From contig OZ316893.1 in the NCBI GenBank assembly GCA_973895155.1, positions 4,384,490 to 4,448,489 of the forward strand: 64,000 nucleotides of DNA. The letters run 5' to 3'. How positions within the stretch are numbered: position 1 is the stretch's first letter; the number at the start of each line of letters is the position of its first letter. Position numbers and translations under genes: made by a program. Below are positions 53,179 to 64,000 of this stretch, in pieces. The notes beneath the pieces are model-generated. The model saw only the letters and a list, made by a program, of their open reading frames with translations, was not told the origin of the DNA and searched no databases. The stretch is from Marsupella aquatica. Its lineage: Eukaryota; Plantae; Marchantiophyta.

Positions 53179-53929
53179 AACTTTACAATAATTCAGATGT
53201 TTGAGCTCTGTCATTGTGAAACTATTATATATCAGAAGTTTAGAGAATGATTCAGCTAAGATGATTCAATTTAGCAGTCTACTAGTTGTATTCATCAATT
53301 AAAGGATTCAGTGTAATGAGATTCACATAACATGAGAGTTTATATGATTAAATTCACAGCGTGCAAGTTTGTAATGACTTACTTAAGACGATTGAGGTTG
53401 TATTTTAATTAGTAAGTTTGTATGATTCACACATATTTGAGTTTACAGACAAACCGCATTATGAAAACTCAGCTTAACAATCAAGAGAAATTTTAGCAAA
53501 CAACAATCAACACCAGCAGAAAATGTAGAAATTGCACCTGAATTCTGAAAAATTGATGTAATCGTCTGAGAGATTGACGTCCAAGCACTTGAAGACCTTG
53601 CTGCAGCATTCCAGAAAGTAAATATGAGATTGAAGATATTAATATGCTAAGCAACAACAACACAGCTTCTATACTTCTATACATAGTGCTTCGCTGCCAC
53701 CAATTGAATAACATGTGCTTAATGCTAAGGAACTCATTATGTTGAGTTAAAAAGACTCTTTCAAAAGTACAATCAAAGTTGTCGATAGACAAACTGAGCA
53801 TGAATAAAAGAACACTAAACCTGAAGATTGAAAGAGGTGAAACAAACCTGAATGATGAATGGAAGGAGCTGAAACAAGCTGCCAAAAAGTAGTTCGAGCT
53901 GCTGAAACCTCGGGGGTTTCACTTCCACA

Positions 53930-54166
53930 AAAATGGCATATCACGTGCGACGAAGGATAGCGTCATTTTATTGGTTGTAAGGGAAGACTTAAGAATTTTT
54001 GTATAAGAACATTAGGGCCTTTTTAATCCAATTTTTGGAATATTCCAAGAATATTCCAACTTTATAGGGGTTAAAAAATAATATTTTTTTCTTATATTTT
54101 AGGGGGTCCAAGGCCTAAAAACGTTGCAGGTGATGGGGAGGTCCCCATGTAGTGAGACCCCCGAGG
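53930..54166 (-). repeat. Right terminal inverted repeat pairing with 34272-34545
   Basis: ...ggaatattccaagaatattccaactttataggggttaaaaaata...aaaaacgttgcaggtgatggggaggtccccatgtagtgagacccccgagg. Confidence 0.88.
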
Positions 54167-55949
54167 CTGAAACACGTTGATCGAGCTGATATGAGCTTAA
54201 AATTGGCTGACACGAGCTGATACGAGCACTCCCAAAAAACTAGCTGCAACGAACACAACGGGCTCCTAAGAATCCCTTCGAGCAAACTAGAAGTGAATAC
54301 GAGTTATAAATGCGAGCTGCAACGCACCAACGAGCTCCTGGTCGAAACGATCAACAACTACTAAGAGCTGCAACGTGCCGACAAGCACCTGACCACAACG
54401 AACGAGCTACAACGATAAAAATGAAATCCAAGGCAGGAGCGAGAGCGAGAGCGAGAGCGACGAGAGCAGGCGTGCAAAAGTCTAGGGAGCGAGAAACAAC
54501 AACAATGAATAGTGAACTCGAGACCGTGGGCACCGACACTAAGGAAGGACTAATTAGGGTATTGTTTTAGCATAACCCTAATAACAGCCTAGTGACAGGA
54601 AGGTTCCAGATGATCCCCGTACACTCCACCATTGACTCAACAAACTATGCAATCGTGAAAAAAAGATTATCAGATTCCTTTTGATTTGCCGTACTAAAGG
54701 AGATTTCTATTTGATCGCCAATTTGAAATTTAAACCGATAATTATGCAACTGCAAAAGATTGTTAGTGGGGACCCCCGGATCCGGATCTGGATCCCTATC
54801 TTCACTATATCTGCCAATTCAAATCCAAAATGTGAACGAACGACAACTTTCTCACGATCGTTCCATCACGTAGTGGATGCGAACTTCAAAATCAATCCAT
54901 TTTGGTAGTGGAGACCGTCAGATCCGGATCCGTACTCCACTCTCTATCTTGCCAATTTAAACCCAAACTCTAAACAACGTAAAACGATTCTCACGGTCGG
55001 GGAGAACCGATATTCAAAATCAATCCTGTACAATGATTCTCATGACTGGAGACTCAACCAATTTTCAAAATCAAAATCGAGTCCAGATGAACACATCCTT
55101 CATGGAGTCAATAGACTGATCTCATTGCTCACGGATCATTCTTTATTTTCAGTTTCTCCTGACCAGGATACTAGCTGGGCTCTCAGCGGAGGCTGATCCA
55201 AGGCACATTTGAGGTGGAGCAGATTGGATCATTCGACTATTCCAGTCGGAGGCGGAGCTCATTCAAGCAACGCTGGCGCAGTTCTTGTTGTATCACCTTC
55301 AATCTTGGGGAGAGCACATCCGATCTTGGAGAGTTGCAATGAAGTGAGACGACAAAGATTTAGAACCTCCATAGACTGCCTCATTCATCGAAGCATTCTA
55401 GTGGACCAACAAAGAGCGGCTATTCTGAAATCACTGTCTGGTCGAGGATTTTGATCTTGATACGATCAACAAGTTATCATTCTCTGGTGGTGGGATTCGG
55501 TCACGATACTCAAGGAAATTGAAGTTCAAAGGAGGAGGCTTAGTTGGCTAGGACGAGGAGGAGGCTACGCTGGAAGGAAGAGGCTTGGCTGGGAGGAGGG
55601 TTTCCGCCAACATCGGAGGGTTGCCGCCAACATTGCTCAGACCACACGCAACTGAATAACTTGTAAGTATCAATCAGCATTAATTCCGCAATAAATGAGG
55701 AGAGTAGTTGCCTTAAATCACGCATTCAATGCATGAATTGAGTCAATGAAGTTATGGTCCAATTTCTCACTCCAATTTTGATCAATCCGTGTTTCAAGTC
55801 CAATATAGAAGCAATGTATCAGAAGTACTAGTAGAGGATCCGAATGAATTCTCTAGTCTAAAATTGTATGGCGTTCAAGTATAGTTGTCCGGACGTTTTG
55901 CTATTGTTTATTGTAGTCAACGGCCTAGCAAAACAAAATGTAATCGAGG

Positions 55950-56940
55950 TCCATTTCTTAGATCAGACTGATCTCAACTTGTTAGTAGGATGACCTGGTT
56001 TTTCGGTTACACATGTAGTTCATCACGCGCACAATCGCGTGAACCAATTTATCTTGTGTCTTTTGATATTGTTTATTGTAGTCAACAGCCTAGCAAATTG
56101 GCAAGCAATCTATTTTAAAACCAAGGTCTTCATTTCATCACGCGCACGGTCGCGTTAATGTTTTAGAGGTCAGCGAAAGCTCTGCACTCTTAGACGTAAT
56201 TGCCCTTTATTTCTCAGATCTTCCTGATCTCAACTTGTTAGTAGGATGACCTGTTTTTTTGGTTACACATGTAGTTTGTCACGCGCACAGTCGCGTGAAC
56301 CAATTTATCTCGTGTCTTTTGATATTGTTTATTGTAGTCGACAGCCTAGCGAATTGGCCAGCAATCTATTTTAAAACCAAGGGCTGCGTTTCATCACGCG
56401 CCCGGTCGCGTTAATGTTTTAGAGGTTAGCAAAAGCTCTGCACTCTTAGACGTAATCTTCCTTTATTTCTCAGATCTTCCTGATCTCAACTTGTTAGTAG
56501 CATGACCTGTTTTTTTGGTTACACATGTAGTTCATCACGCGCACAGTCGCGTGAACCAATTTATCTCAGGTCTTTTTGATATTGTTTATTGTAGTCGACT
56601 GCCTAGCGAATTGGCCAGAAATCTATTTTAAAACCAAGGTCTTTGTTTCATCACGGGCCTGGTCGCGTTAATGTTTTAGAGGTCAACGAAAGCTCTGCAC
56701 TCTTAGACGTAATCGCCCTTTATTTCTCAGATTTGCCTGATCTCAACTTGTTAGTAGGATGACCTGTTTTTTTTGTTACACATGTAGTTCATCACGTGCA
56801 CAGTCGCGTGAACCAATTTATCTCATGTCTTTTTGATATTGTTTATTGTAGTTGACAGCCTAGCAAATTGGCCAGAAATCTATTTTAAAACCAACGTCTT
56901 TGTTTCATCACGCGCCTGGTCGCAAAAATGTTTTAGAGGT
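55950..56940. repeat. ~257-bp tandem array x~4, two ACGCG-N6-CGCGT palindromes per unit
   Basis: ctgatctcaacttgttagtag recurs at ~55967, 56224, 56480 and 56737; cacgcgcacagtcgcgtg and cacgcgcc(c/t)ggtcgcgtt in each unit. Confidence 0.92.
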
Positions 56941-57186
56941 CAGAGGAATCTCGTGGATGATTTTTCCTTGATTGCAAAATGGTTACATCGATCCCGAAGG
57001 ACTTCGGATGTGGAATCCATATCCACTAGCACTATCCAGGAATTTAACTGACCTGGTCTTTCGAACACTATTTTCCACGGGACGAAATTAAGCTACACAG
57101 TATCTATAATAAGTTCTAACTTGAACTACTCTTGAATCTGTAGTTTTAATCTTTGACTACTCAAAATATTGTTGACTTCGATCGAG

Positions 57187-57729
57187 TCAGTCATTCCAAG
57201 ATGAAGGCATCCACTCATCGGTGTCTGGTGTGGATTCCCTTGAATCCAGAAATTCTTCCTTTGCCCAAGTCCTAACGTCCATAGATTTTCTCGGCTTGCT
57301 CTTTCTGTAATACAAATCAGAATCTTTGTTCATCTCTAATTGCCTTTTCTTCGGTGCGTCCACTTCCTTGGCCTCCTTCTTGACTGTCTTAGCGTCTGCT
57401 GCTGCTTTCCCTGAAATGGATTCGACGCATGCTTTGGCCTTCAACTTCTCCCTCCTCGAAACGGATTCCACGAGGGCTTTGCCCTTTAACTTCTCCCCTG
57501 ATGCCATCTTTGTAGTCATCTCTGTCGGATTGGTCTCCATCTGATCTTCCATCGACAAATGTGGCAAACAATGTCGTCTCTCACAAAACATTTGACCTGA
57601 TTTAGTCACCGTAAACATTATATTACATTGCTGACACATTCTTTAAGGAGTACCACGAATTCGATACGTCAAACCTTCTGAATCATCCGTCGAAACATCC
57701 TCATTCTTCGAGCTCAGCAGAGTAGTCAT
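57187..57729 (-). pseudogene. Small ORF with a Cys/His Zn-ribbon-like motif, divergent from the transposase; one in-frame stop
   Basis: ATG 57729 MTTLLSSK...GTP*RMCQQCNIMF...MFCERRHCLPH followed by a charged tail; ~180 codons in one frame. Confidence 0.45.
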
Positions 57730-58054
57730 CGCCCTTCAAACAAGAGATGCGGACCAAGACTAAGAGTTGGAAATGAGAGAGTTGATGTGCGAATAGATTA
57801 TCCAGTAGCCAGAAAGTGGAATGCGTGGGGGAATGAGCAGTAGGGATCATCTCAATACTTTATACTGTTTAGTCTCCACTAGTCATTGTACAGTGGTTTC
57901 TAGAAGAGAGTGCGCGTTTGACTGGCGCGTATTAGAATTGGCGAGAAGTTCAGTTGTCCTCTAATTATGGCTTTAATTTCTTGTTTGGCGATCGCCCCGG
58001 GAATACTGATTGCTAGTGAAGTACTGAGATTTCTTATGAGGGTCAGTAGTTACT

Positions 58055-58590
58055 GACTGTCCGATGTCCACTCATTGGTAACCTGGTACTGTCCACTCAT
58101 TTTTTCTGAGTGAAGTTGAAATGATTGTTCGTAATCGATTGTAGTCGTTCTCATTCACTTGAAATGACTGACGGACCATGCATAATCTGTTACCGGTATG
58201 TGTGATGCCTTCTAGCTTCTACGTCGTAGACCCTGTTATCCCTACACCCTCTGACTAAGGTCACGCGACTAGTCGCGTGCAGGGCAGTGCATTGACTACA
58301 TTCTACTTACTTATTGACGGTTGTGACAGGACAATGCAGTTCACGGACGTTTCACTGGCGCTTATTAGCATTACTGTCCTCAGTAGTTACTGACTGTCCA
58401 CTCATTTGTTCTGAGTGGATGTGAAATGATTGATCGTAATTGATTGTGGTCGTTCTCATTCACTTGAAATGACTGACGGACCATGCATAGTCTGTTGCCG
58501 GTATGTGTGGTACCTCTAGGGTCACGCGACCAGTTGCGTGCAGCACAGTGCATTGACTACATTCTGCTTATTGACCGACGTGACAGGACA
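58055..58590. repeat. ~310-bp direct duplication upstream of the transposase, each copy with an ACGCG-N6-(C/T)GCGT palindrome
   Basis: gtcgttctcattcacttgaaatgactgacggaccatgcata at ~58144 and ~58449; palindromes at ~58263 and ~58524. Confidence 0.8.
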
Positions 58591-58645
58591 GTGCAGTGAA
58601 GTTGACGAACGTGACAAGACTGTACGCTTATAGTGATATTCTCTG

Positions 58646-60836
58646 ATGTGCAGGATCATAATTATTATGGTGACATCGACAGTCTGGATCAGGGAAGGCG
58701 GACAAGGTATTATAGGCATACGTGAGAAACAGGTTGGAAAAGGTCGTGTGATAAGTCTTGATCCTTCCAGGGTTTGTCACAATGTTCCTCTTGGGGCGGA
58801 CAGAGTTCTTCTTCTATTGGAGGAAGTTTTTGACGAGACCATTCTATGCGAAGATGGCAAACTTTTGAAGGACATGATTGGGGGTTACCTTGTATGGGAA
58901 AGGAATCAGCTTTTTCAAGCTCCCATGGAATCGGAGGATGTGTTTGGCACTATTGGTGATGATCAAGATCCAGTCAATCAAAATTCTGATGGGAACAACC
59001 ATAATGAGAGTCGGTCTGGTGTGGAAGTAGTTTTACCAAAGGCCTTGTGGATGGGCATGCCTGTAAAGGTGGTGGATGAGAACAATTTGATTTTTGCAGT
59101 GGCAACTATACATGTTCTAGATCCTATAGTCAAGCTTGGGGATGTCACCCTTGGGAATACACATGTGGGAATTCTGATCAACGATTTTGTCAAGGGAGCT
59201 ACCATAGATCATCTGAAGCATAGAGATTGTTTAAAAGCTTGGTCGATGGACCAACTCATTGCCAAGGATGGCAACTTGTTGTCTTTCCACAACATCAGGC
59301 AAGCTGTGGGAGGGAACACATCTCCAACAAGTGGCAAGCGGTCCTACGTCCATAAAAGTAGGAAAAGAAAGAGTCCATCTTCCCAGACATCTAGAAGAGA
59401 CACATCTTTGGCACGTCAAGATGTGTTGTTGATAAACACTAAGAACTGTTGTAGTGAACATTGTTGCCAATATTTGGACCGCAACTTGGCTATGGCAATT
59501 AGGCAAAAGTGGTGGTCAAAATCTTTTGCGGAGCGCAAGGAGGAGGAAATCAAGGCTATTAAAAATACAATACACTTGGGTATTGGAGAAAGGATTCTAG
59601 CAGTGGAGGGCAAAGTATTGTGCTTGGAGGCATGGAGAATCATTCATTCAAGAGGAAAGACTCAATTTTATGCCTTGAAGAAGACTGTGATGGCTTGAAT
59701 GAACATAGGTACCCATGGTAATGCTGGAAAAAGACGTATGTCCGATAAAGTATATCAAGCGTTCATGTCAATGAAAGAGATTATTGAGGAGGCAACTGAT
59801 CATCATCCAACCAAGTTGAGAACCATGGCAGATAATACAATGATGGTTTTGAGGGAATTGCCAACAAATCTTACTTGGGAGAATATTAGAAACAGGGTCA
59901 ATGTTGTCAACCAGGAGGCTGGTCTTCCTCCAATTTCCCAACCCACCTTGAGTCATCTACATCAGATGTATTTCAGGGAGTTCTCACGTCACAAAAAGGG
60001 CAAAAACTTTTCAAAGTGTACAACTTGTAGTGAGTTGCTTCAACGGAAAGCAAACCTTACAGGAGCTAAGGAAGAGTTAGAGGGCCTAAGGCGTGACAAG
60101 GAGGAACATCACCAAGACCACACACAGCAAAGAATGTGCTATCATACCTGGAGATATGAGTCCATCCATCGTCCAAAGGAAGTGTTATGCCTTATTCATG
60201 ATAAGATGGATCATTCAAAGACAGCTCTCCCAATAATGCCCTTCAATCCTAAGCATGTGGATGGTGCCCAAAAGTTCCCAATTATTGTCACTGGTATCCT
60301 TACTCATGGTCATGGTCCTAAGGCCATAGCCCAATATCATGTTGGAGTGTGGCCAGGTGATGTCAACATCACTATTGGGTCAATTGATTCAATACTAAGG
60401 ATGTTGGAAAACCCAAATCCAATGATCAAATCACTTGTGGAGGGGCCAAACTCGACAAGTCTTTTTAAAGACCTCCTTTTTGGGAGAGCAGATATCTTGG
60501 AGGCAAGTGTCCTTAGAGCATTTGAGGATGACATTGCCTACATCTCAAGCCTAGGTACTTTACTCACAATCCTTTAATTTATTATTATTTAATAATATAA
60601 GCTCACACACACTGACACTCTACTTTGTGTAGTTGTTGCTCCTCCTAGCCAAGGTTTCATTAATAGGGTTTAAACCCTAAACCCTAAATTGGGGTTTAGG
60701 GTCTGACTAGGGTTTTATTTAAAAGCATTCTGAGATTGTTACATTGTGATGCAGCACCTGAGGCACCAAAGTTCAGGCCCCTTCCACGAGTATTGAAGCT
60801 ACAACTGGATAATTGTGCCTCAGACAACAAGAACAG
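58646..60836 (+). pseudogene. Sola-superfamily (Sola1-like) DDD transposase; one in-frame TGA; C-terminus cut by an LTR insertion
   Basis: CCSEHCCQYL...LCLEAWRII...HGNAG...FSKCTTC...HTQQRMCY...CLIHDKMDHSKTALP...TGILTHGHG, then spliced (60554 donor, micro-exon 60633-60653, acceptor ~60754) to LPRVLKLQLDNCASDNKN; TGA at 59696-59698. Confidence 0.75.
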
Positions 60837-60943
60837 TGTTAGACTCTACCTTGACCGGATGACCGGATCAGCCGGTCATCCCGGCACCACCATATGTACC
60901 ATTACCGAGACTATACTGATACTATTGTTATCACCATCAAACA
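60837..60943 (+). repeat. 5' LTR (107 bp)
   Basis: TG...CA boundaries immediately followed by a PBS-like motif; partner LTR not in the window. Confidence 0.7.
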
Positions 60944-60957
60944 CGTTATCAGCACGA
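60944..60957 (+). promoter_or_regulatory. Primer-binding site, complementary to the anticodon-arm region of tRNA-Ile (half-tRNA priming)
   Basis: CGTTATCAGCACGA is the reverse complement of TCGTGCT(I/G)ATAACG. Confidence 0.65.
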
Positions 60958-62673
60958 GACTCATCGGGGCTGAGCAAGGAGGCTAAGATTTTTTTTTCGA
61001 AGAGCCATGGCGAATTGAGTAACGATTGAGAATTTTATCATTGAGTACGAATAACATCAGAATTCGTAAGGACAACAAGGAGACTGATTGAATTGCATAA
61101 GGAAACTGTCACCTGCAGAATCGAAGAGAACCAAGAGAAGGACAGAAAAATTAAGGAGGCACCCGAACGGAGGGCCGCTAGCAGCGGCAGATCAAAATCC
61201 ACCAGAAAAGCAGAGAGGCAAGTGTAATCGAACAAGCAAAGGCGCAACAGACAGTCGATCTTGGCCAGCGTACAGGATCGGCAAATTAAGGCAAGAAATA
61301 GAGATCAGGTGAGATCGATCGAAGGAGGAGATATATAGAATTCATTGACAAAAGAAGATCGAGAAGTCAAGAGGAGAAGATAGAGAGCCCTGGAACGCGT
61401 GACCACTGACAGAAGGCGAACTTCTTTGCTCTTGCGCTAGCTCAGCCACAGAGGAGGTTCAATTGCTGATGCAGAAAAACTTCGGCACCATTTCAGAGAA
61501 GCATCGATAAGGACAGCAGAACCCCTCCGCTGCCCAAATCGAAGGAGAGTGGATAGCGATGGATCGATGATGCCTGAATCGAGAGGTGAAGTGATCAGGA
61601 CCAGAAGGCGAAGCAAGAGGAATCACGAGTTGGAAGCGCATAAGACAGAGGCCGAACTCGAAGAAATCTCCCAGGAACACCTCAACTGCCGATTATGCTG
61701 ATTCCGCTTTCGGTATCCCTGCTATGCTGACTTCTCGTCGACGATCACTGAGAGGCGAAGAAAATCCGTGATCGATTGAAGGCTGAAGATCGAGGTAGAA
61801 GAGAGGTCGCTGTAGGAACTCGCGAAGCCAAAGGAACGATAAGCAGATTCATGAGGACATAGAGAACTCATAAGGACGAAGGTCATCCCGGAAGGAAAAA
61901 CGATAAGGACAGCGGTAAACCTCGCGAACCTATCGAATTGGCACTAATCTATCGAATCTATCGATAGGCGAAGTAACTTGAGAGGGAGAAATACAAATCA
62001 TGAAACGAGTCAAAATGATTGTGGAAAAGGACGAGATAGGGATCGAGTAACCTGGATAGAGTAACAGGCGAAAAGAAGCATCGGGGCGAAGCGGAGTAGA
62101 ACCTTGAGCACTACATTGGAAGAGACCCTTACGGAGACGGAAGGAAGGAAGCCCGATCCCGAAATCCATCAAGCACCCCAAACTCTCGAGGCGAAAGGGG
62201 AGCATCGAACAGGCGCAAGGGGAGCATCAACCAAGCGCAACAACAGACCACAAAACATCGAGGAAATGTCGAACCCGAATGAAAACCGCTAAGTGCACGC
62301 CTCATAACTACAATATAACCGCAAAACCTCCATACGTGCATTCCGTAACAAAGGAAATTTACTTTACAAAGCTTCATATGCACCTAACCAATGCAAGAGT
62401 AAACATAAACCATAACTGCAACCCTAAGTGCACAAGTGGATAACTGCACAGTTTAACAAAGAAAAAAGCATCTACAAAGGAAAATATGCAGTTAAACAAA
62501 TACCAAGAAAACCCTAAACCATAAGTGTAAACCCTAAAAAGGAATTACGGATTTGCAAGTGTTCTCCACCCAGCCCCACCTTGCATGCCGCATAAATGTG
62601 CTTTGTCATTCCTTACTATACTTACTAGTATATAAACCCCAACCACACTTAAAGGAATCCAGCCATCAACCCG

Positions 62674-63306
62674 ATGACCAACCTCGAGAAACTCAACTTT
62701 CCAGCCCTTGACATCGATGGTAGTAACTACCTGGAATGGTCAATGAATCTTAGAGAGAACCTTACATCGCTAACCCTACTCCCAGCGATAGGAATGGCCC
62801 AACCTATCCTTGTCGGCGAACCACAACCAGACCCATTGACTAAAGCCAACGAATCTAAAGCTCTAGTATTCCTGAGATGCCATATCCATAGATTCCTCCA
62901 GAGACAATACATGCACCTTTCGACCCCTCGAGAACTATGGACAGCCCTACAGACCCGATTCGACCACCAGAAACTGGTCGAATTACCTAGAGCCAGACAA
63001 GATTGGCTCAACCTACGGGTCCAGGACTTTACCTCAATTTCAGCCTACAATAGTGAACTCTTTAGAATAACCTCAACCCTCGCACTATGTGGCGAGCCAG
63101 TTACGGACAAGGATCTGCTAGAGAAGACCTTGTCGACATTTCATTCATCGAATGTGTGGCTATCAACACAGTATCGAAACATGAAGTTCGGGCAATACTC
63201 CGAGCTCATAGCCCACCTCCTAGTCACAGAGAGAAACCAAGAACTCCTTTTAGTTAACTCTAGAAAACGTCCTGCGGGCACACTGCCCTCAGGATCACAG
63301 AGTTAA
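62674..63306 (+). CDS. gag: Copia Gag (Bianca-type N-terminus), truncated by deletion
   Basis: MTNLEKLNFPALDIDGSNYLEW...LRCHIH...ELWTALQTRFDHQK...WLNLRVQDF...YNSELFRI...LLEKTLSTFH. Confidence 0.88.
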   Translation: MTNLEKLNFPALDIDGSNYLEWSMNLRENLTSLTLLPAIGMAQPILVGEPQPDPLTKANESKALVFLRCHIHRFLQRQYMHLSTPRELWTALQTRFDHQKLVELPRARQDWLNLRVQDFTSISAYNSELFRITSTLALCGEPVTDKDLLEKTLSTFHSSNVWLSTQYRNMKFGQYSELIAHLLVTERNQELLLVNSRKRPAGTLPSGSQS

Positions 63307-64000
63307 CACAATTATATCAAGTTACACCTAATGTATCATCTACACATGTAACTCATAATAACGACACCGCTGTGTCAACCGTACGGAATACTCGCCGCGG
63401 ACTAGCTATCCGCGTGTTGAAGGCATTATATGGCCTGAAACAAAGTGGCAGAGTATGGTATCAAAGATTTACTGATGAAATGATTGCCATGGGTTTTTCC
63501 CATGATGCCATTACACCATGTTTATTTATTAAACATGTGAATGATGAATATGTCATCGTTTCCATTTATGTTGATGACTTAAATATATTTGGGACACCCC
63601 AAATTACCGAAGATACTATTACAAGTCTTAAATCAACATTTGAGATGAAAGACCTTGGACATACAAACTTTTGCTTAGGATTACAACTGGAGATTTTACC
63701 TACTGGTATGATACTCCATCAAACTACACAAATTGAAAAGATCCTAAAACAGTTCAAGATGAACCTAGCATACCCATTGACGTCACCAATGGTTGTACGT
63801 TCATTAGAAAACACTACTGATGTTTTTCGCAAGCGCGAAGAACATGAACCTATATTAGGACCAGAAACTCCATATCTTTCTGCAATAGGAGCATTAATGT
63901 ACCTAGCAAATCAGACCAGACCAGACATTGCATTTGCAATTAATTTACTAGCCAGACATAGTGCAACTCCCACAGCTAGACACTGGAATGGAGTTAAGCA
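63288..64000 (+). CDS. pol: Copia reverse transcriptase (partial)
   Basis: LKALYGLKQSGRVWY...PCLFIK...IYVDDLNIFG...FEMKDLG...YLSAIGALMYLANQTRPDIAFAINLLAR. Confidence 0.93.

Larger units (their letters stand above)
34272..54166. mobile_element. ~20-kb TIR-bounded DNA element (about 13.6 kb without the nested MULE) carrying a cargo gene block and no transposase between these TIRs
   Basis: Long TIR pair plus internal TE-type cargo (Ulp1, NIF, F-box); no clear TSD recognised. Confidence 0.65.
60837..64000 (+). mobile_element. Ty1/Copia LTR retrotransposon (Bianca-like), internally deleted, running off the window
   Basis: Starts TGTTAG directly after ...AAGAACAG of the transposase; short LTR ending ...AAACA, then CGTTATCAGCACGA; Gag and RT follow. 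Confidence 0.88.

Noticed and set aside
34284-54154. Large element as a CACTA (CACTA...TAGTG occurs near both ends)
   Set aside because: The inverted repeat continues at least 8-12 bp outside the CACTA pentamer (gggggtct/agaccccc) and there is no 3-bp TSD, so CACTA is internal to the TIR.
54170-55750. Possible solo LTR or retroelement fragment (…ccctaataaca end at ~54584)
   Set aside because: Only one LTR-like end; no partner, PBS or coding motif identified.

Overview
Eukaryotic nuclear DNA from a land plant, probably a non-seed plant (inferred from GT-AG spliced genes, mitochondrial rpl2/tatC fragments and the TE types). All domain calls were made by eye from motifs; no database search was run. 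The left half holds degenerate repeats (1-9 kb), a 3-exon F-box/SEL1-like/MYND gene (11.4-15.1 kb), a mosaic mitochondrial insertion (about 17.2-18.4 kb), three near-identical intronless SAR1 GTPase genes at 2989-bp spacing, an RLE-type (CRE-like) non-LTR fragment and a truncated HOL/thiol methyltransferase gene. The right half is a nest of transposons. A ~270-bp TIR pair (34.3 and 54.1 kb) encloses a MULE, which itself carries a CACTA insertion. It also encloses an unusual decaying cargo block: one large spliced gene (ParB-like, DNA amino-MTase-like, acidic/coiled-coil, Ulp1 protease, and three alternative FCP1/NIF phosphatase terminal exons) plus two F-box genes. Further right are a Zn-ribbon ORF and a Sola-type DDD transposase interrupted by a Bianca-like Copia element. 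A 16-bp palindrome, ACGCG-N6-CGCGT, recurs about 30 times in introns, intergenic gaps and tandem arrays from 40.9 to 58.5 kb and links the cargo to the transposase. The main candidate novel system is a giant cargo transposon with its own cis-motif and putative chromatin/anti-silencing toolkit.
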